NCBI GenBank assembly: GCA_964617955.1
Contig: CAZTXB010000014.1
Location: forward strand, 8,430 to 72,429
Direction of reading: 5' to 3'
DNA from: an uncultured Chitinophaga sp.
GTDB taxonomy: Bacteria; Bacteroidota; Bacteroidia; NS11-12g; UBA9320
Length of the DNA: 64,000 bases
A program made the translations under genes and the position numbers. Positions 59,020 to 64,000 of this stretch are shown here, one piece after another (positions within the stretch are counted from its first letter, which is position 1; the number at the start of each line of letters is the position of its first letter). The notes beneath the pieces were generated by a model. The model was given only the letters and a program-made list of their open reading frames with translations. It was not told the DNA's origin and ran no database searches.

Positions 59020-61191
59020 ATGCGTTTCCAAGCCATACAAACCGCGCAATCGCGCAAAATTTCTCAAGTAAAAACTGACATCTCCGACATCCCTGCTCTT
59101 TTTGGTTCTAACGTTTTCGGACACGATGCCATGAAAGAATACATGGGAAAAGAAGCCTTCAAGGCCGTGAATGAAGCCATTAAAACCGGCCGACCCATTC
59201 AGCGGGATGTAGCACAAAAAATTGCCGATGGAATGAAACAATGGGCTCTTGAAAAAGGAGCTACCTCTTTCAGTCACTGGTTTCAGCCCCTCACCGGATT
59301 GACCGCCGAAAAACACGATTCGTTTTTTGAAGTTTGGGGAGGTAAGGCCATTGAGAAATTTTCGGCCGGTTCGCTGGTGCAACAAGAGCCCGATGCGAGC
59401 AGCTTGCCTAGTGGCGGACTGCGCAACACTTTTGAAGCCAGAGGTTACACCGCATGGGACCCCTCATCACCTGCTTTCATTCTTGAAAAAGCTTCCGGGA
59501 AAACCCTTTGCATCCCCACCATCTTTGTATCCTATCATGGAGAGGCACTGGATTATAAGGCCCCTTTATTAAAAACCATGGCCATCTTAAATAAGGCAGC
59601 CACTGAGGTCTGCAATTATTTCGATAAAGAAGTAAAAAATGTTGGGGCAAGTTTGGGTATTGAGCAGGAATATTTTTTAGTAGACAAGGCGCTTTTTGAT
59701 GCCAGACCTGATTTGGTAATGACCGGTCGCACGGTTTTTGGCCATGCACCGGCACGAGGACAACAAATGGACGACCATTATTTTGGTGCCATTCCGTCGA
59801 GGGTATTTAACTTTATGTACGATCTCGAGCTGGAATCCATGAAACTGGGTATCCCCTTGAGAACCCGGCACAATGAGGTTGCGCCCGGTCAATACGAATG
59901 TGCCCCTATGTTTGAAGAAATTAACCTGGCAGTTGACCACAACCAACTCCTTATGGATTTAATGGAAGAACTTGGGCGCAAACACGGATTTAAAGCGCTG
60001 CTGCACGAAAAACCGTTTGCTGGAATTAACGGCTCGGGAAAGCACAACAACTGGAGCTTAATTACCGATACAGGGGTTAATTTGTTGTCGCCCGGCAGCG
60101 ACCCAAATTCCAACTTACAATTCCTTACTTTTTTCATCAATACCATCAAGGCTTTTCACGACAGTGCACCCATTTTACGGGCAAGCATAGCCAGTGCCAG
60201 CAACGATCATCGCCTGGGTGCAAACGAAGCTCCACCGGCCATCATGTCGGTTTTTATCGGCAGTACACTCACTAAGGTGTTAAACGATTTTAAAACCAAC
60301 AAAAAAGCTTCGGGTCAAAACAACGACAACCAGGTAATTTCGGTTCACAATCTCCCCGAAATCTTAAAGGACAATACCGACCGTAACCGCACCTCACCTT
60401 TTGCCTTTACAGGAAATAAATTTGAATTCAGAGCTGTTGGCTCAACCGAAAATTGCGGCAGGCCTATGATCGTGTTGAATGCCGCCATGGCCAATCAACT
60501 GATACAGTTTAAAAAGGATGTGGATGGCCTCATAAAAAAGAAGAAGAAAACTGAAGATGCCATTTTTGAAGTCTTGAAATCTTACCTAAAATCATCGGAG
60601 AAAGTATTGTTTGAGGGAAACGGTTACAGCGATGAATGGGCCGCCGAGGCGGAGAAGCGCGGATTACCAAATGTAAAGAATACGGTAGACGCCCTAGATT
60701 CATATTTAAGCAAATCGGCTGAAGATATTTTTGTGAAAAACGGTATTTTCACCAAAGCCGAATTGCACGCCCGATATGAGATTAAGCTTGAAGATTACAT
60801 TAAAAAAATTCAAATAGAAGGCCGCATTATGGATGAGCTGGCTTATACCCATATCTTACCTGCGGCACTGACTTACCAAAAACAATTGGCCGACACCATC
60901 AATTCAATGCTGGCAGCAGGAGCAACAAAAGCATCGGTAAAGGGACTATTGGAGCTTTTGAATGATATAACTGCTCATAGCAACGGTTTAAAAGGCGCTA
61001 CCGACAGAATGGTGAACGAGAGAAAAGTGGCCAACGCCACTGAGGGCTCTAAGAAAAAAGCCGAAGCTTATTGTAAAAAGGTAAAACCCCTTTTTGATGA
61101 AATAAGAAAACACGCCGACAACCTGGAACATTTGGTTGATGACGAGCTTTGGAAATTGCCGAAATACAGGGAATTGTTGTTTGTGAGGTAA
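59020..61191 (+). CDS. Glutamine synthetase type III.
   Basis: The 723-aa protein has an N-terminus (...HWFQPLTGLTAEKHDSFFE) and overall length characteristic of GSIII (GlnN) of Bacteroidetes. Confidence 0.9.
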   Translation: MRFQAIQTAQSRKISQVKTDISDIPALFGSNVFGHDAMKEYMGKEAFKAVNEAIKTGRPIQRDVAQKIADGMKQWALEKGATSFSHWFQPLTGLTAEKHDSFFEVWGGKAIEKFSAGSLVQQEPDASSLPSGGLRNTFEARGYTAWDPSSPAFILEKASGKTLCIPTIFVSYHGEALDYKAPLLKTMAILNKAATEVCNYFDKEVKNVGASLGIEQEYFLVDKALFDARPDLVMTGRTVFGHAPARGQQMDDHYFGAIPSRVFNFMYDLELESMKLGIPLRTRHNEVAPGQYECAPMFEEINLAVDHNQLLMDLMEELGRKHGFKALLHEKPFAGINGSGKHNNWSLITDTGVNLLSPGSDPNSNLQFLTFFINTIKAFHDSAPILRASIASASNDHRLGANEAPPAIMSVFIGSTLTKVLNDFKTNKKASGQNNDNQVISVHNLPEILKDNTDRNRTSPFAFTGNKFEFRAVGSTENCGRPMIVLNAAMANQLIQFKKDVDGLIKKKKKTEDAIFEVLKSYLKSSEKVLFEGNGYSDEWAAEAEKRGLPNVKNTVDALDSYLSKSAEDIFVKNGIFTKAELHARYEIKLEDYIKKIQIEGRIMDELAYTHILPAALTYQKQLADTINSMLAAGATKASVKGLLELLNDITAHSNGLKGATDRMVNERKVANATEGSKKKAEAYCKKVKPLFDEIRKHADNLEHLVDDELWKLPKYRELLFVR

Positions 61192-61246
61192 AAATTGTCT
61201 AAAAAATTTAAGTCAGCGGTGATTGGTAACAATGTGTCTATACCTC

Positions 61247-64000
61247 TTATCTTATTATCTCCAATGTGCCTTGTTGTGCATAATGTTTGCCATTTCTGTC
61301 CTGGGCTTTTACAGCATAATAAAAAATCTCACCTAACTTAGGTATGTTTCCAAGGTATGAACCGTCCCAATTGTCGTTTTGATTTTCGGATTCAAATACT
61401 TTTTCTCCCCAGCGATTAAAAATGATAAGTTTAAAGTTTATTAGCCCAAACGTGGCTAACGAAAACTCATCATTTAAACCATCCCCATTTGGACTGAATG
61501 CGTTTGGCACAAACAATTTTGGCAGGTAGTTTAAACACATTGCATTGCTCGAACTAATTTCACCTGGCATATTGTTTCCAAAGGCAATAACGCGATAACA
61601 TTTTTCCAATTGACCCTCTGCCATAAACATTTCATCCCTATAATCGGATGATTTACCATTAATTGTTATCAGGTTATCCCAGATCCCCTGAACAGCATTA
61701 AAACTTTGAATGGTATAGGATTTAACGCCCCCCGGCCATTGCTCATAACCTGTCCAACTCAAAGTGCTGTATTTATTTTCAATATTTGAGCCTTTTAATA
61801 AAATGGTTTTCCCTGTATTGCTCAGACCGCTATATCGGTTGCATTGGTCTACTGCTTTTATTTGAAAGCTAAATGTTCCTTTCTCCGAATTTTTGTCATT
61901 ATAAAAGGTATCTATAACCGAACCATCCATAACTCTATCTTTAAATATTAAGTAGTGTTTAGCTAGAGGTACTCTGAGCCAGCTAATTTGTGGTCTCTCA
62001 TCCTCCAATAAGGTAGCTGCAATTAGAGTTGGGTGATAGGTTGAATCGAAACCCTTAATTAAAGCAATCGTTTTTATGGATTGGGTAATACACCCTGTTG
62101 GCCCGTAAAGGCTTTGGGTCACATTAAAATTACCATCATTGAGGTAGTTTGTTTTTACCTCTTCCTTTTTCGATACCTTACTCTCTCCATTACCAAAATC
62201 CCATTTCACACTATCCAAATTGGCTAAATAACTGTTTTTGAAGGTTACCACCTGTGGACTGCAGATTTTCTCAGGATTGTAAGTAAAACCGGGTTGGGGA
62301 GCCTCTAAGATTTTTACTTTTTTTGAAAGTGTCAAAGTGTCTTTGCATTGCCCGTTATTAAATATTAGGCTTATCTTATAATCTCCAGCCTGGGTATAAA
62401 TGTGGGTTGGGCTTTTGAGTGGCAATGTTTTACCGCTAATCAGTGTATCATGCCCATCGCCGAAATACCAGTAACTCAAATAGGAGCTTGTTTTCACAGG
62501 ACTTACGCTTTGGTCATTAAATTTAAAACCAAGCCATTGGCAGCCAATGGTATCTGTCGTGGAGAAGTATGCTTTTGGAGGGGCAAATATTTCAATTGAA
62601 TCTAATAAGCATACATCCGGATAATCGCCTGACACAGCTGTTAACTTATAATAATGTTTGCCAGGCTTGAGTTGAGTTTTAAAACTATCCAAGTTTTGTT
62701 TGCTTGTATATACCACCTTGTTATCTATTGTGAGGATTCCATTTTTATAAAAACTATCCAAAAAACTATAAAAAGTAACAGCCCCTTTGCAATTTTTAAT
62801 TGCTTTAATCGAACTTGGCCTATAAAGCGATAAGAAATTAGAAAAGGCTGAATGAAAAATTAAATCTTTGTTGCTAATTAATTGAACCTTGTCCTGAAAA
62901 TTACAACCTTTGCCAAAAACATTTGGATTATGAATTTGACTTAAATAATAACTTTGGTCTCTGTATAAAACGCTACTATTCGCCCATCCAAAATTTAATT
63001 TACCATCATTCGACATTCTTGAATATTGAGGGGTATATGCCTGAATACCGTAGGTAGAATCTATCCAGTAATAACGTTTATTATTGTATAAATCTAACTG
63101 CACCATAGTTTTGTCACTTATATTTAGAAAGTATTTATCGTAATTAATAAAATTTATGTATAATAAAGAATCGTTTGGGGAAAAAGAAAATCCGCCTGGA
63201 GACGCTGTGGGGTAGAAAATCTCATTATAGAATTTCAACATATCGATTGTTTTGTTGTAGCTTAGTTTGCCGTTTATGTTATCAAAATTGTATAAAGTTA
63301 ACTCTAAGTCTTCTCGATAAAACTTTAGAGCATTAACATTTTTTCTATTATAGCTTAAGAGCCTTTTTCCGCTCGATGAGATATAACAATCTATTGGAAG
63401 ATGGCAATTTTCATTACCAGAACTTAGGCTGTCATGCAGATTGATGCCCTTGCTGTCAATTCTAAATATATAATAATACTTGATACCCTTTGCAATTAAC
63501 CAGTATCCCTTTAAATTTTCGAACGGGACGATGATTTGGTTAATTAAGGGCTTATTTGACACTAAATAATAGGATTCTGAACTAAAGCCTCCTCTATTAT
63601 TATTTACAGTATCATCCAATATCCGGTAAGCTAGTCTTATATGATTAAAGGTAGTGTCTTTATAATACGGTACCTTAGTAGGAAATGAGTTAAATACATA
63701 GTATTGGTAGGGTTTTATTTTTGTAGGGCATGCAATGACATGAAAAAGGCAGGATGAGCTCATTGATCCCCGATAATCACCCAAATCTTTTCTAAAACGG
63801 CTATTTTTCAAATAATTGCCATTTTTATCATAACAACTGTCCCATGAAAGATTATATTTTATTTTTCCGTTACTGTCATGGATTGAAAACTGGCCTCCAA
63901 ATCCTCTATTTTTTTCTTCAATAATAACATTATCTGAACCACAATATCTCAATAAACTATAAACTTTAAGGCCATTAATATGCCATTCATTGGGTATTTG
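61247..64000 (-). CDS. Large PKD-domain protein with a T9SS type-B C-terminal domain. It is 5'-truncated by the window edge.
   Basis: The C-terminus reads PNAFSPNGDGLNDEFSL...IFNRWGEKVFES...NWDGS...GTLEIIR. The frame stays open to nucleotide 64000, and the annotated 63952 start is a TTG. Confidence 0.8.
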   Translation of the reverse strand, partial: QIPNEWHINGLKVYSLLRYCGSDNVIIEEKNRGFGGQFSIHDSNGKIKYNLSWDSCYDKNGNYLKNSRFRKDLGDYRGSMSSSCLFHVIACPTKIKPYQYYVFNSFPTKVPYYKDTTFNHIRLAYRILDDTVNNNRGGFSSESYYLVSNKPLINQIIVPFENLKGYWLIAKGIKYYYIFRIDSKGINLHDSLSSGNENCHLPIDCYISSSGKRLLSYNRKNVNALKFYREDLELTLYNFDNINGKLSYNKTIDMLKFYNEIFYPTASPGGFSFSPNDSLLYINFINYDKYFLNISDKTMVQLDLYNNKRYYWIDSTYGIQAYTPQYSRMSNDGKLNFGWANSSVLYRDQSYYLSQIHNPNVFGKGCNFQDKVQLISNKDLIFHSAFSNFLSLYRPSSIKAIKNCKGAVTFYSFLDSFYKNGILTIDNKVVYTSKQNLDSFKTQLKPGKHYYKLTAVSGDYPDVCLLDSIEIFAPPKAYFSTTDTIGCQWLGFKFNDQSVSPVKTSSYLSYWYFGDGHDTLISGKTLPLKSPTHIYTQAGDYKISLIFNNGQCKDTLTLSKKVKILEAPQPGFTYNPEKICSPQVVTFKNSYLANLDSVKWDFGNGESKVSKKEEVKTNYLNDGNFNVTQSLYGPTGCITQSIKTIALIKGFDSTYHPTLIAATLLEDERPQISWLRVPLAKHYLIFKDRVMDGSVIDTFYNDKNSEKGTFSFQIKAVDQCNRYSGLSNTGKTILLKGSNIENKYSTLSWTGYEQWPGGVKSYTIQSFNAVQGIWDNLITINGKSSDYRDEMFMAEGQLEKCYRVIAFGNNMPGEISSSNAMCLNYLPKLFVPNAFSPNGDGLNDEFSLATFGLINFKLIIFNRWGEKVFESENQNDNWDGSYLGNIPKLGEIFYYAVKAQDRNGKHYAQQGTLEIIR

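Noticed and set aside
1-64000. CRISPR arrays, rRNA operons, and IS or transposase genes.
   Set aside because: No direct-repeat/spacer periodicity, no rRNA-like conserved stretches and no transposase-like ORFs were found on reading either strand.

Overview
This 64 kb window looks like a Bacteroidetes chromosome segment, most likely from a gliding Cytophagia/Flavobacteriia-type organism. Coding density is high and most genes are housekeeping. These include a molybdopterin biosynthesis cluster (moaC-mogA fusion, moaE, moeB, moaD, moeA), ssb, ptrB, an EF-G paralog, ltaE, yebC, an acyl-CoA carboxyltransferase, uppP, a DUF3098 gene, ftsX, lysS, a SulP transporter next to a beta-carbonic anhydrase, lpd, ricT (PSP1) next to holB, a YfhO-family membrane protein and a type III glutamine synthetase. 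These are interspersed with an unusual number of type IX secretion system (T9SS) cargo genes. Three giant PKD-repeat proteins (2188 aa, 1496 aa and a 5'-truncated one of more than 900 aa) and a small membrane protein all end in the gliding-motility type-B C-terminal domain. Two further proteins end in the type-A Por sorting domain. The most interesting locus is 1414..9448. There an ECF sigma factor is translationally coupled to a single-pass membrane protein whose whole extracytoplasmic part is a disordered linker plus a T9SS type-B C-terminal domain (CTD). This pair sits directly upstream of the 2188-aa adhesin-like T9SS substrate, and may be a secretion-coupled sigma/anti-sigma module. Other notable points are listed here. 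(1) A 13-residue DS-containing tandem repeat array (about 18-20 units) lies inside the giant protein. (2) Two copies of a roughly 190-240 bp intergenic element have conserved ends forming a 15-bp inverted repeat that starts exactly at a TAG stop codon. (3) A low-GC accessory islet at about 36.0-40.1 kb holds gene remnants and an in-frame 12-bp tandem repeat in a small secreted gene. (4) A structured RNA candidate carries its own terminator. I recognised no rRNA, tRNA or CRISPR arrays.
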